DNA of 64,000 nucleotides from Candidatus Eiseniibacteriota bacterium. GTDB lineage: Bacteria; Eisenbacteria; RBG-16-71-46; JABDJR01. This document shows, piece by piece, positions 19,860-30,396 of the stretch. Below the pieces are notes generated by a model, which was given only the letters and a program-made list of their open reading frames with translations, searched no databases and was not told the DNA's origin. The stretch covers positions 1,024,001-1,088,000 of the forward strand of contig CAVXKA010000001.1 of NCBI GenBank assembly GCA_963762255.1, written 5' to 3'. Each line of letters begins with the position of its first letter. Positions within the stretch are counted from its first letter, which is position 1. The position numbers and the translations under genes were made by a program.

Positions 19860-20183
19860 ATGAGTGAGAGCGTGCAGACGGGGCGGTTGATCCCCTACCT
19901 GGTTGAAATGTTCCGGTTCCAGGCCTGGGTGGCTCTCGGCAAGGTGACCAACCCGGTGAGCGAGAAGGTGGAGCGCGAACTCCCGATGGCCAAAGCGATG
20001 ATCGATCTCCTCGGTGAGCTGGAGGAGCGCACCGAGGGGCATCGCAGCCCCGACGAGACGCGGCTCCTTCAAGGCGCGGTCACCGAGCTGCGACTCAACT
20101 ATCTCGATGAATTGAAGAGGCCGCAGGCTGCGGAGCAGCCCGTTGCGGACGCCGGCAAGCCGGCGGAAGCCGGTGAAGCGTGA
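19860..20183 (+). CDS. DUF1844-like small helical protein
   Basis: ALGKVTNP...AKAMIDLL..LEERTEG...ELRLNY pattern; SD AAGGAG. Confidence 0.7.
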   Translation: MSESVQTGRLIPYLVEMFRFQAWVALGKVTNPVSEKVERELPMAKAMIDLLGELEERTEGHRSPDETRLLQGAVTELRLNYLDELKRPQAAEQPVADAGKPAEAGEA

Positions 20184-20761
20184 TGGGTAAGAAGCCGAGG
20201 ACGGTGGAGATCAAGATCGAGCCCGAACAAGGCGAGCCCGCGTCGGCGGAGGGAAGCTCCGAAGCACCCGTTTCGGCCGACGAGACGGGGACGGACTCCC
20301 CCCGGACCGCCGGGGGGGGGCCTCGGCCGATCTCCTACGAGGAGGTATTCGACCGGTTGCAGCGCTTGCAGGCGGAGTTCGACAACTATCGCCGCCGTAC
20401 CGACCGGGAGCGTCTGGAAACGGGCGCACACGCCCAAGGACTTCTGGTCGAGCGGCTCCTTCCGGTGCTGGACGACTTCGACCGCGCGCTGGCTTCTTCC
20501 GGGGGCGGCGAATCGCCGGAAGTGCACGGCTTCGCGCTCATCCACGAGAAACTCCATCGCGCGCTCGCCGACGCCGGACTGGAGCGAATCGACTCCGAGG
20601 GCACCGTGTTCGATCCCGACATCCACGAAGCGCTCATGACGCAGGAGGTGGAGCCGGAGCTGGATGGAGTGGTGATCTGCGAGCTGGCTCCCGGGTACCG
20701 TTTTCGCGGACGGATGGTCCGTCCCGCTCGAGTGCAGGTGGGCAAGGCCGCCGATTCGTGA
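20183..20761 (+). CDS. grpE: Nucleotide exchange factor GrpE
   Basis: LQAEFDNYRRR, LLPVLDDFDRAL, FDPDIHEAL and GY....RMVRPARV motifs. Confidence 0.95.
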   Translation: MGKKPRTVEIKIEPEQGEPASAEGSSEAPVSADETGTDSPRTAGGGPRPISYEEVFDRLQRLQAEFDNYRRRTDRERLETGAHAQGLLVERLLPVLDDFDRALASSGGGESPEVHGFALIHEKLHRALADAGLERIDSEGTVFDPDIHEALMTQEVEPELDGVVICELAPGYRFRGRMVRPARVQVGKAADS

Positions 20762-20797
20762 GCGAGTTGAGAACTTGACGCCCCGGGGTGGGCGATA

Positions 20798-21529
20798 ATG
20801 CAGCCCAAGGACTACTACAAGACTCTCGGAGTCTCCGAGACCGCGACCGCGGACGAGATCAAGAAGGCCTACCGCAAGATCGCGCGGGCGAGTCACCCCG
20901 ACCGCAATCCGGGCAATCCAGCCGCCGAGGAGCGGTTCAAGGAGGCGAGCGAGGCCTACGAGATCCTCAGCGACGCCGAGAAGCGCCGCAAGTTCGACGC
21001 GTTTCGCCGGTACGGCGGTTTCGAGCCGGGCGGGGGTGGAGCCCAGGGCTTCCCCGGCGGTTTCGAATCGATGCCGGGCGGGTTCCGAGTGCATTTCGAT
21101 CAAGGAGAAATGGGGGATCTCAATTTCTCCGACCTCTTCGGTGAGGATCCGCGCTTCGCTTCTGTCTTCGAGCAGATCTTCGCGCAGATGGGCTCGGCCG
21201 GAGCCGGTCCGAAGAGCCGCCGAGCCGGTCGCGGGGGCTTCGGTGCGCGCCGCCCCCGGCGGACGCCCAAGGACGATGGCGGCGATGCGATCGCCGGAGA
21301 TCGGTTCTTCGAGCGCGACGGGCTCGACGTGCACTGCACGATCTGGCTCAAGCTGGAGCAACTGCAGCGGGGCGCCAAGGTGAAGGTCCGCACCCCCTCC
21401 GGGAAGAAGGCCTTGGTGAAGATCCCTGCGGGATTCAAGATCGGCGGCGTACTGCGACTCCCCGGTTTCGGGCTTAGCGCGGACGGGCAACAGGGAGACC
21501 AATACGTGCACGTGGAGGCGGTGGCATGA
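20798..21529 (+). CDS. Short DnaJ-family co-chaperone (J domain, G/F region, one C-terminal domain, no zinc finger)
   Basis: KDYYKTLGV...HPD...[13 protein letters not shown]; no CxxCxGxG repeats. Confidence 0.88.
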   Translation: MQPKDYYKTLGVSETATADEIKKAYRKIARASHPDRNPGNPAAEERFKEASEAYEILSDAEKRRKFDAFRRYGGFEPGGGGAQGFPGGFESMPGGFRVHFDQGEMGDLNFSDLFGEDPRFASVFEQIFAQMGSAGAGPKSRRAGRGGFGARRPRRTPKDDGGDAIAGDRFFERDGLDVHCTIWLKLEQLQRGAKVKVRTPSGKKALVKIPAGFKIGGVLRLPGFGLSADGQQGDQYVHVEAVA

Positions 21530-22425
21530 AGCCCGGCGCGAATGCAGCGGAGCTTCCCCACCTGTTGAGGCTGCTCGACGACGAATCCCCAGCGGTGCGG
21601 CCGGTGGTGATCGACCGCCTGGCCGCTTTCGGCGGCACCCTGGCCGCGGAGCTGACGAGGCTCCCCGAGCCGCCGGGGCCGGATACGCGCCGACTTCTGC
21701 GCGAACTCCTGGCCGGGCACCATCGCGGCTGGCTCCGTGAGGCCTGGCCGGGTTGGCTCGACGCCGACCCGGACGCCCTCAAGTTGGAGAAGGCGCTTGC
21801 GCTGCTCGGCGAATTCCAGGGGGGGCGACTCGATCCTCGCGGGCTTCCCGAATACCTGGACGATCTCGCCCTTGAGTTTCGCCGGACACGGCGAAAGCGG
21901 GATCCCGCGCATCTTGCCGAGTTCCTGTTCGAGTCCTGCGGTCTCGCCGGAGCGGAACAGGACTACCACCATCCCGACCACAGCAATCTCGTGCACGTGA
22001 TCACGGAGAAGCGCGGGATCCCGATCAGCCTGACCCTGACGTACATGCTGGTCGGCGGACGATTGGGTCTCGACATCCGAGGGTGCAGCTTCCCCGGCCA
22101 TTTCCTGGCACGTGTCGTCCGGGAGGGAGAGACCGTCTTCGTCGATTGCTACCATGGGGGCAAGTTTCTGCGCCGCGAGGATATCCTCGAAGTGCAGGCG
22201 GAAGCGTCCCGGCCGCTGGCTCGAGTTCTCGATGCCGTTCCCTCCGCCGAAGCGATCCTGCTCCGGGTCCTCAATAACCTCGTGCGCGCGTACGGGGCGG
22301 TGAACCGGCCCGAAGACGCCGCGCTTATGAGGGAACTCGCGCAGGGCATGCAAGCGACGCTGGCTCGCCATCGGTCGCCCCGGAAGCTTCCGGCCGGGCC
22401 CGCGGCCGGTCCCCGATCCGAGTAG
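21526..22425 (+). CDS. SirB1/transglutaminase-like domain protein
   Basis: [14 protein letters not shown] and ILLRVLNNL motifs; overlaps the dnaJ stop. Confidence 0.75.
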   Translation: MKPGANAAELPHLLRLLDDESPAVRPVVIDRLAAFGGTLAAELTRLPEPPGPDTRRLLRELLAGHHRGWLREAWPGWLDADPDALKLEKALALLGEFQGGRLDPRGLPEYLDDLALEFRRTRRKRDPAHLAEFLFESCGLAGAEQDYHHPDHSNLVHVITEKRGIPISLTLTYMLVGGRLGLDIRGCSFPGHFLARVVREGETVFVDCYHGGKFLRREDILEVQAEASRPLARVLDAVPSAEAILLRVLNNLVRAYGAVNRPEDAALMRELAQGMQATLARHRSPRKLPAGPAAGPRSE

Positions 22426-22447
22426 CACCGCCCACGCAGGGGCGAGG

Positions 22448-24145
22448 CTAGGGCGCCCCTTCGGCTCCGGTCACGACATCCACCACCCAGATCGTTTCGG
22501 TGTCGTCGGCGAGCGAGAGCCCCGGGTGATTGCGAATGGCCTCGCGCAGTCGCGTCACTTCTTCCGGCGGATACAGATCCGTGTGCACGAAGACATAGGT
22601 GATGCCGAGTTCGCGCAGCATCGCGACGGAAGCATTCTCGGGGAAGTGCTGCATCTCCGTTCGCAGCTTGCGCGTGATCGGGGGGACGAACGCGGCCACG
22701 CCGTTGGCGAGCCGCTTGTGATGGGCCAGGGAATAGAGCTGGTAGCGGGCATGCTCGATGCCCTCATGCTGCTCGTCGACGGCCATGGGCAACTCGACGA
22801 TGGCCAGCGGACCCGAAACGCTTCCGAGCCACGAGTACACCGCGGGAATGCCGTGGGGAAGCGGGCGCAAGAGCTGGATCGGAGCGGCGAACAGCTCGAC
22901 CGCGGCAAGAGCGCACAGCCCCAGGCTCCCCCAGCGCCGGCCCCGCAGGCGCGTTCCCTCCAGGCGAGCGGCCCCCGCTCCCGCCATCACCGCCACACCC
23001 AGCGCGGCCAGGACGACGAAGCGCACCGGCGCGCGAATGAAGGAAGCCCCCGGTAGCACATACCAGGCGAGGGCGAAGGGCATGGGTATCCGGCGAGCCG
23101 GATCGCCGAGCACCGGGCCCAAGGCCATCACTCCCCCGACTCCGGCGAGAAGGACGTAAAAGATCAACTCCGGGCGGTGGAGTTGCCTCCGCCACCCTCG
23201 GCGCGCGAGCCAGTACAGAGAGAGGATGCTGGCCACGACCCCGGCAAACAACGGATGCCGCGCGAACGATCGCCAAGGAGCCGCTCCCCTGAGGACGCTG
23301 TTGGGGGCAGGGGTCACGAAATCGACCGGCTGCGCGCTGAAGAGCGCGGTCGTGCCCAGGGACCGGCGCATCGAGATGTCGGCGCGGGCATTGCGCAGGT
23401 AAGGGGCCGTGAACGGAATGAGGGCGATGAAGCACATTGCCCCCAGCGCGAGAATGATCCATCGCTGGACGCTGACCAGGTCAAGGAACGAGCGACGCTC
23501 CACGACGAGGAGCACCGCGACGTACAGCAGCGTTGCCAGAAGGAGGAACACTCCGCCATAGGACGTCGAGAGGAACTGCGCGAATGAGAAGGCCGCGAAC
23601 AGGAAGAGGTGCCGTCGAAGCCTGGTCTCCACCCAGAGATGGAGCGAAAGCAGCGCGAACGGAATCCACATCATCGCCAGATTGTTGAGCTGGCCCGCGT
23701 TGTGGTAGCGATACGGGTGGAAGGCGAAGATGATGCCGGCCAGGATCCCGGCGATGGTGTTGTCGGTGAGGTACCGCACGAGGAGGAATGCCCCGAGGCC
23801 GGAGATCACGAATGTCAGGAGCCACGCCGTGTTGAACCCCACGAACATGTTCCCGAACGCCCAGTCCACGGGGGCGATCAGAACCGCCATGGCCGCCATG
23901 TTGTCCATGAAGGCAAGCGAGGAGTGGTAGGGGTAGAAAAACGTCGCCTGATAGAGGTTGAAGGGGTTGTCGCCGAGGGCCTGCGCGCTCCACGTCAAGA
24001 TGTAGAGGTTGAGCATGGCGTCGGTGGGTGGTCCGGAGGTCGGGATGTCGCGCATCATGTGCGTGGGGACCGGCCACAGAAAGACAATGGCGAGGGCGAT
24101 GAAGAGCCCCAGCACGAGGATGAGTTCTCGGCGGGAGACGATCAC
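22448..24145 (-). CDS. Polytopic membrane protein, probable GT-C/YfhO-like glycosyltransferase
   Basis: About 11-13 hydrophobic segments; FFYPY, FAFHPYR and IRAPVRF motifs; C-terminal soluble domain. Confidence 0.6.
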   Translation of the reverse strand: MIVSRRELILVLGLFIALAIVFLWPVPTHMMRDIPTSGPPTDAMLNLYILTWSAQALGDNPFNLYQATFFYPYHSSLAFMDNMAAMAVLIAPVDWAFGNMFVGFNTAWLLTFVISGLGAFLLVRYLTDNTIAGILAGIIFAFHPYRYHNAGQLNNLAMMWIPFALLSLHLWVETRLRRHLFLFAAFSFAQFLSTSYGGVFLLLATLLYVAVLLVVERRSFLDLVSVQRWIILALGAMCFIALIPFTAPYLRNARADISMRRSLGTTALFSAQPVDFVTPAPNSVLRGAAPWRSFARHPLFAGVVASILSLYWLARRGWRRQLHRPELIFYVLLAGVGGVMALGPVLGDPARRIPMPFALAWYVLPGASFIRAPVRFVVLAALGVAVMAGAGAARLEGTRLRGRRWGSLGLCALAAVELFAAPIQLLRPLPHGIPAVYSWLGSVSGPLAIVELPMAVDEQHEGIEHARYQLYSLAHHKRLANGVAAFVPPITRKLRTEMQHFPENASVAMLRELGITYVFVHTDLYPPEEVTRLREAIRNHPGLSLADDTETIWVVDVVTGAEGAP

Positions 24146-24267
24146 GGGGGGGACCTTCCGCGAAGGATCGCCGACAGGGGAGCGATCGCGAGGACCTCAC
24201 GGCCCACGAGATTGACAGTAAGTCCAGAGACTATATAGGGTTGCTGCAGCATCTACAAGGAGCAAGG

Positions 24268-25212
24268 GTGAAGCCCAAGAACGACCGGAGCGTCTTCGAC
24301 GAGATCAACGCCCTCGCCACCGAGGCCCGCAACCCGCGCTCGCTGGATCTCGATCGCCTCTCCACCGGAAACGTTCTGCGTCTCATCAACAGCGAGGACG
24401 CCGCGGTCCCTGAAGCGGTGGCCGGCGAACTCCCGCATATCGAAGAGGCGGTCGAGTTTGTGGTGTCGGCGCTTCGCTCGGGGGGGCGGCTGATCTACGT
24501 CGGGGCAGGAACGAGTGGGCGGTTGGGTGTGCTGGACGCCGCGGAGTGTCCCCCAACATTCGGCTCGGATCCGGCCATGGTGCAGGGCATCATCGCGGGG
24601 GGCGACCGTGCGCTGATCTGCGCGGTCGAAGGTGCGGAGGACGACGCCGAGGCGGGCGAGCAGGCGATCCGCGACCGCGGCGTCGGTGCGCGGGACGTCG
24701 TCTTCGGCATTGCCGCCAGCCGGCGAACACCGTTCGTGCTCGCAGCTGTGGCGCAGGCGCGGGCGCTCGGGGCGCGCACGATCTACCTCACGATGAGTCC
24801 GCGGGAGACCATCGACTTCCAGGTGGACGTGGCGATCTGCCCGGTGGTGGGGCCCGAGGTCGTCATGGGCTCCACCCGAATGAAGTCGGGGCTCGCGCAG
24901 AAGATGGTGCTGACCATGGTGACCACCGCCGCCTTCGTGCGGATGGGAAAGATCTACGAGAACATGATGGTCGACCTCATGGCGACCAGTGTGAAGTTGC
25001 GGGAGCGCGCCAAGAGGACGGTCATGACCGTGGCCCGAGTGGACTACGAGACAGCGACGGACGTGCTGGCGCAAGCCGGTGGCTCGGTCAAAGTGGCGAT
25101 CGTGATGATCAAGACGGGAGCGGGCTCCGACGAAGCGCGGCGGCGCCTGGATGCGGCCGGTGGATTCGTGCGGCGCGCCGTCGAATCCGAGGCAGAGAGG
25201 GAGAATCGATGA
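24268..25212 (+). CDS. murQ: N-acetylmuramic acid 6-phosphate etherase
   Basis: TEARNP, GAGTSGRLGVLDAAECPPTF, GPEVVMGSTRMKSG and NMMVD motifs. Confidence 0.95.
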   Translation: MKPKNDRSVFDEINALATEARNPRSLDLDRLSTGNVLRLINSEDAAVPEAVAGELPHIEEAVEFVVSALRSGGRLIYVGAGTSGRLGVLDAAECPPTFGSDPAMVQGIIAGGDRALICAVEGAEDDAEAGEQAIRDRGVGARDVVFGIAASRRTPFVLAAVAQARALGARTIYLTMSPRETIDFQVDVAICPVVGPEVVMGSTRMKSGLAQKMVLTMVTTAAFVRMGKIYENMMVDLMATSVKLRERAKRTVMTVARVDYETATDVLAQAGGSVKVAIVMIKTGAGSDEARRRLDAAGGFVRRAVESEAERENR

Positions 25213-26510
25213 TCGCCGAACTCTCGGGGCGTGGCCGGTATGCCTTGCGGACAGCGGCGATGGCATTCATGGGGCGCGCGGCCGCGACATGGATGTTGCT
25301 GGCCCTTGTCTTCGGCGGCGCCGCGTGCGGCAGGGGACGCGGCGATGCCAAGGACTCCGTCACGGTGACCTTCTGGCAGTTCTGGCCCGCGGAGACGGTG
25401 CGCCCCCTGATCGCCGCGTTCGAGGCGGCGAACCCCGGCATCCGGGTCGAGATGCAGCAGCTCACCTGGCAGAGCGGCCTCGAGAAGATCACCGCGGCGA
25501 CGGCGGCCGGACAGCCGCCCGACTTGTGCGAGCTGGGCACGACCTGGTTCGCCAAGTTCGCGGCGAACGGCGCGCTTGCCGACCTCACCGCGGACACGGA
25601 ACCCATGCGGTCCCAGTACCTCATGTGGGACGCATGCACCTACGACGGCAAGGTGTACGCGCTCCCGTGGGTGACCGGAACGCGCGTGCTCTTCACCAAC
25701 CGCGAGCTGGCGCGAGCGGCCGGGCTCGATCCCGACCGGCCGCCGGAGACCTGGGAAGAACTGCTGGCGTTCGCGCGCCAGGTGCACCGCCCGCGGGACC
25801 AGGTCTACGGGTACGGGCTCAATGCCGGCGAGCGGTACATCCAATTCAAGAAGTTCATGCCGTTCGCCTGGGGGAACGGCGGGGACGTGCTGAGCGCCGA
25901 CCGCGCGCGTTGCACCTTTGCGGAGGCGCCGGTGGCGGAGGCGCTCGATTTCTATCTTCAGCTCGGGCCGCATTCGCTTCTCGAGAAGCAGGAGGTTCTC
26001 GACCAGGCGTTCAAGGACGGGCGTCTGGGGGCGATGATCTCGGGGGCATGGCTCCTGAAGACGATCCCCCGCGATGCCCCGACCCTCGATTTCGGCGTGG
26101 CCCTCGTGCCCCGGCCTGCGACCGATCGCGGGTTCTCCGCCTCGTTCGGCGGCGGTGAACTGCTGGCGGTGTTCGCGCGTTCGTCGCACCGGGAGGCGGC
26201 GTTGCGGCTGGCGAAGTTCCTTGCCGAAGCTCCGCAGGCGATGGCGATCGCGCGGGCCGAGCAAAGCGTGCTTCCCGCCGCGAAGTCGGCCGAGTCGGAC
26301 CCCTTCTTCGCCGAGAACCCGAAACAGGCCGTGTTCCTGAAGCAGCTCGAGACCGCGGTCTTCCCGCCCAATCTCGAGGAGTGGGTCGAGATCGAAGATG
26401 TCGTAGACGCCGCGCTCGAGAAAGCGGTGTTCGGGAAGGCGACGTCGGCCGACGCGTTGGGCGAGGCCTGCCGGCGGATCGACGAACTCCTTTCCCGCGC
26501 CCCGCGCTAA
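25209..26510 (+). CDS. Sugar ABC transporter substrate-binding lipoprotein
   Basis: Lipobox GAA-C; FEAANPGIRV, PPDL, DGKVYALPW and PPETWEEL motifs. Confidence 0.88.
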   Translation: MIAELSGRGRYALRTAAMAFMGRAAATWMLLALVFGGAACGRGRGDAKDSVTVTFWQFWPAETVRPLIAAFEAANPGIRVEMQQLTWQSGLEKITAATAAGQPPDLCELGTTWFAKFAANGALADLTADTEPMRSQYLMWDACTYDGKVYALPWVTGTRVLFTNRELARAAGLDPDRPPETWEELLAFARQVHRPRDQVYGYGLNAGERYIQFKKFMPFAWGNGGDVLSADRARCTFAEAPVAEALDFYLQLGPHSLLEKQEVLDQAFKDGRLGAMISGAWLLKTIPRDAPTLDFGVALVPRPATDRGFSASFGGGELLAVFARSSHREAALRLAKFLAEAPQAMAIARAEQSVLPAAKSAESDPFFAENPKQAVFLKQLETAVFPPNLEEWVEIEDVVDAALEKAVFGKATSADALGEACRRIDELLSRAPR

Positions 26511-26551
26511 GCGTTTGCCCGCGCAAACCGCGCGGCCTATGATGCCCCGAC

Positions 26552-27415
26552 ATGCGCTCCTCCGCCCGCGGCACCCTCGCTTTCCTGAGCCCCTGGCTCC
26601 TCACCTTTGCCCTGTTCGGGGTGTACCCGCTCCTCTTCTCGCTCCTGGTGAGCCTTGCCGACTACAACCCGCTGCGGGGCGGCATGACCTGGGTCGGCCT
26701 GGACAATTACGGGCGCGCGCTGCGTGACCCGCTCTTCTGGCAGTCTCTCAAGGTCACGCTCTACTTCGTGGCGGGGACGATCCCGCTCACCACTGTCCTT
26801 GCGCTGGCCCTGGCGCTGCTGCTGAACCGCCCCCTGCGCGGGCGGGGGTTCTTTCGCGCCTCGTTCTTTCTGCCGACGGTCGTCTCCCTGGTGGTCGTGT
26901 CGCTCATCTTCAAGCAGGTGTACTCGCCGTTCGGGCTCTTGAACGCGTTCCTGCGAGGGCTGGGGCTCGAGGGGCACCCGTGGCTCCAGCATCCGATGAC
27001 CGCACTGCCCGCGGTCATGCTCATGGATGTGTGGGCGGCCATCGGCTACTACATGGTCATCTACCTGGCGGGTCTCCAGACCATCCCGGCGGAACTCTAC
27101 GAGGCCGCGGCGCTGGATGGCAGCGACGGGTGGCGGCGGCACTGGCACATCACGCTCCCGTTGCTCCTGCCCACCACGCTCTTCGTCGTGGTCATCAACA
27201 CCATCCGCAGCCTCCAGGTCTTCATCGAGATCTTTGTGATGACGCAGGGCGGCCCGCTCGACTCGACCCGCACCACCGTCTTCTATCTCTACGAGCAGGG
27301 GTTCCGCTACTTCGACATGGGCTATGCCAGCGCGATCGCCTATCTCCTCTTCGCGATCGTCATGCTGGCGTCCCTGGCCCAGACCCGGATCTTCAAGTCG
27401 AAGGTGGACGCGTGA
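26552..27415 (+). CDS. Carbohydrate ABC transporter permease
   Basis: WVGLDNY and LAGLQTIPAELYEAAALDG (EAA loop). Confidence 0.92.
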   Translation: MRSSARGTLAFLSPWLLTFALFGVYPLLFSLLVSLADYNPLRGGMTWVGLDNYGRALRDPLFWQSLKVTLYFVAGTIPLTTVLALALALLLNRPLRGRGFFRASFFLPTVVSLVVVSLIFKQVYSPFGLLNAFLRGLGLEGHPWLQHPMTALPAVMLMDVWAAIGYYMVIYLAGLQTIPAELYEAAALDGSDGWRRHWHITLPLLLPTTLFVVVINTIRSLQVFIEIFVMTQGGPLDSTRTTVFYLYEQGFRYFDMGYASAIAYLLFAIVMLASLAQTRIFKSKVDA

Positions 27416-28251
27416 GCGGGCGCGCGTCCGCGCGGAGCTGGGCCGGGCGGGGACTCCTGTGGGCCGTGCTCCTCGGAAGCCTCGTCACCATGCTCTTCCC
27501 GCTCTACTGGATGACCCTTCTCTCGCTCAAGGTCGAGGGGTTCACGCTGAGCGGGCCGGCCAGCCTTCTCCCGACCGGACTCACGCTGCGCAACTATCGG
27601 GACGTGTGGGCAGCGGGTCCCTTCGGGCGCTACTTCCTCAACAGCGCGCTGGTGGCAGCGGTCGTGGTCGCGGGGAACCTCCTCTTCTCCGCGATGGTCG
27701 GTTACGCTTTCGCCCGCCGCCGATTCGCCGGGAAGAGACCGCTCTGGGGAGCGGTGCTGGCCACGCTCATGATTCCCAAGCAGGTCATTCTGGTGCCGCT
27801 CTACATTCTGGTGGCCCGGGCGGGGCTTATCGATACCTTCACCGCCCTCACGGTGCCCTTCGTAGTCGACGCCTTCAATGTGTTTCTCATGCGCCAGTAC
27901 ATCCAGCAATTGCCGGTGGACCTCGAGGAAGCGGCGCGCGTGGACGGCGCGAGCGACTGGTCGGTGTTCCGGCGGGTGGTGCTCCCCCTGGCGCGACCGG
28001 CCCTGGCCGTCGTCGGCATCAACACGTTTCTCGTCAACTGGAACTCGTTCCTCTTTCCCCTCATTCTTACGAGCAGCGAGAGAATGCGGACGCTGCCCGT
28101 GGGTCTCGCTCTCTACAGCCAGGGCCAGCACGCGGTGGACTGGGGACACCTCATGGCCGGATCGATGCTCTCCACGCTCCCCGTTCTCGCGGTGTTTCTG
28201 CTCTTCCAGCGGCACATCATCGAAGGGATCACCGCGGGCGCCGGGAAGTGA
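27412..28251 (+). CDS. Carbohydrate ABC transporter permease
   Basis: YFLNS, DLEEAARVDGA and WNSFLFPL motifs. Confidence 0.92.
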   Translation: MSGRASARSWAGRGLLWAVLLGSLVTMLFPLYWMTLLSLKVEGFTLSGPASLLPTGLTLRNYRDVWAAGPFGRYFLNSALVAAVVVAGNLLFSAMVGYAFARRRFAGKRPLWGAVLATLMIPKQVILVPLYILVARAGLIDTFTALTVPFVVDAFNVFLMRQYIQQLPVDLEEAARVDGASDWSVFRRVVLPLARPALAVVGINTFLVNWNSFLFPLILTSSERMRTLPVGLALYSQGQHAVDWGHLMAGSMLSTLPVLAVFLLFQRHIIEGITAGAGK

Positions 28252-28302
28252 TGTGGTATCGTTCTCGACCTTCTCGCCACATGCTCATTCAGGGAGCCCT
28301 GC

Positions 28303-30276
28303 ATGGAAGACACGACGTACCCGACCCGCGAGCCCGGCATCGACCTGAAGGGTCTCGATCGATCGGTCCGCCCTCAGGATGACTTCTACCGCTTCGTGAA
28401 CGGCGCGTGGCTGGACCGGACGCCGATTCCCTCCGACTACGCGACCTACGGAGCGTTCCACGAGGTCTTCGAGGCCGCCGAGCGCGGGCTGCGCGTCATC
28501 ATCGAAGAGGCGGCGGCGGCGTGCGATGCCCCCGGTTCGGACGCGCAGAAGGTGGGGGATTTCTATCGGAGCTACATGGATGAGGCGCGCGCCGACGCGC
28601 TGGGACTCTCGCCGCTGGCCGACGAGCTGAGCCGCATCGACGGAATCCGGACCCTCGGCGGCGTCATCACCCAGATGGCCAGGCACCTTGTGCTGGGCGC
28701 CGACCCGCCGCTGCACGCTCTTGTCGATCAAGACGCCAAGCACTCCGACCGCTATATCGTCTACTTCACGCAGGGCGGGATCGGACTCCCCGATCGGGAC
28801 TACTACCTGCTCGAGGATCCGAAGTTCGCGGAGATCCGCGTCGCTTACGAGGCCTACATCGCCACGATCCTGCGTCTGATCGGTGTCGAGAGCCCCGACG
28901 GCGCGGCGGCCAGGATCGTGGCTCTCGAGAAGCGCATCGCCGAGCACCACTGGACCCAGGTCGAGAATCGCGACGAGGAAGCGCGGTATAACCGGGTCGA
29001 CATGAGCGGGCTCGGCGCGCTGGCCCCGCGGTTCGATTGGAGCGCGTACCTTGCCGGCGCCGGCGCCGCCGGTCAGACCGAAACGGTGGTGAGCCAGCCG
29101 AGCTTCGTCCGGGGCTTCGGCGCGCTGCTCGCCGAGGTCCCGGTCGAGACGTGGCGCGTCTACCTGAAATGGCATCTCGTCAACGCCTACGCACCGTACC
29201 TGAGCCGGGACTTCGTGGACGCCCGCTTCGACTTCTACGGCAAGACGCTCTCCGGCATCGACGAGATCCGCCCGCGATGGAAGCGAGCGGTAGGGGAGAT
29301 CGACGAGAGCCTGGGCGAGGTCCTGGGGCGCATGTACGTGGAGCGCCACTTCCCCCCCGAGGCCAAGGCGCGCATGAATGAGCTGGTGGAGAACCTGAAG
29401 CTCGCTTTCCGGGAGAGCATCGAGACCCTGGACTGGATGGGACCGGAGACTCGCCGGCGAGCGCTGATCAAGCTCGGGCAGTTCACCACCAAGATCGGCT
29501 ATCCCGATGTGTGGCGGGACTACGCCGGTCTCGTCGTGACGCCGGACGACCTAGTGGGAAACGTGATGCGCGCGCGGAGCTTCGAGCACGAGCGCCGCTT
29601 CGGTCACCTGGGTAAGCCCGTCGATCGCAACGAGTGGCAGATGACGCCGCAGACCGTGAACGCCTACTACAACCCGCTCATGAACGAGATCGTGTTTCCC
29701 GCCGCGATCCTGCAGCCCCCCTTCTTCGACATGAACGCGGACGATGCCGCCAACTACGGCGGGATCGGCGCGGTGATCGGCCACGAGATCGGCCACGGTT
29801 TCGACGACCAGGGGCGGAAATTCGACGGCGACGGGAATCTCACGGACTGGTGGACCGAGGCCGACGCGCGCGAGTTTGACGCGCGGGCCAAGAAGTTGGT
29901 TGAGCAGTTTGGTGCGTACAACCCCATCGACGACATGCACATCAACGGCGAGCTCACGCTGGGGGAGAACATCGGCGATCTCGGCGGGCTCAACGTGGCC
30001 TACCGCGCTTACCGCATTTCGCTACGCGGCCGCGAGGCGCCGGTGATCGGAGGCTTCACCGGCGACCAGCGATTCTTCATGGGCTGGGCGCAGGTCTGGC
30101 GCGGCAAGTATAAAGACGAAGAATTGCGAAACCGGCTCCTCACCGATCCCCACTCTCCCCCCGGCTACCGCGTGACCGGACCGATGTCCAATATGGACGA
30201 GTTCTACGCCGCGTACGGGGTGAAGGAGGGCGACGCGCTTCACCGCCCTGCGGGGGATCGCGTCCGCATCTGGTGA
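28303..30276 (+). CDS. M13 family metalloendopeptidase (PepO/neprilysin-like)
   Basis: PQDDFYRFVNG, VNAYY, HEIGH and GENIGD motifs. Confidence 0.95.
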   Translation: MEDTTYPTREPGIDLKGLDRSVRPQDDFYRFVNGAWLDRTPIPSDYATYGAFHEVFEAAERGLRVIIEEAAAACDAPGSDAQKVGDFYRSYMDEARADALGLSPLADELSRIDGIRTLGGVITQMARHLVLGADPPLHALVDQDAKHSDRYIVYFTQGGIGLPDRDYYLLEDPKFAEIRVAYEAYIATILRLIGVESPDGAAARIVALEKRIAEHHWTQVENRDEEARYNRVDMSGLGALAPRFDWSAYLAGAGAAGQTETVVSQPSFVRGFGALLAEVPVETWRVYLKWHLVNAYAPYLSRDFVDARFDFYGKTLSGIDEIRPRWKRAVGEIDESLGEVLGRMYVERHFPPEAKARMNELVENLKLAFRESIETLDWMGPETRRRALIKLGQFTTKIGYPDVWRDYAGLVVTPDDLVGNVMRARSFEHERRFGHLGKPVDRNEWQMTPQTVNAYYNPLMNEIVFPAAILQPPFFDMNADDAANYGGIGAVIGHEIGHGFDDQGRKFDGDGNLTDWWTEADAREFDARAKKLVEQFGAYNPIDDMHINGELTLGENIGDLGGLNVAYRAYRISLRGREAPVIGGFTGDQRFFMGWAQVWRGKYKDEELRNRLLTDPHSPPGYRVTGPMSNMDEFYAAYGVKEGDALHRPAGDRVRIW

Positions 30277-30396
30277 GCGGGCGGCCGACCCGGGTGGCAA
30301 GCCGAGGCCGCCGGAAGTAGAATCAGCCGTCGCGCGATCGGGCGGAGGCCCGCCTTTCCCCGCTTTCCCGCCCCTGTCGCCACGGAAGGAGAGATC

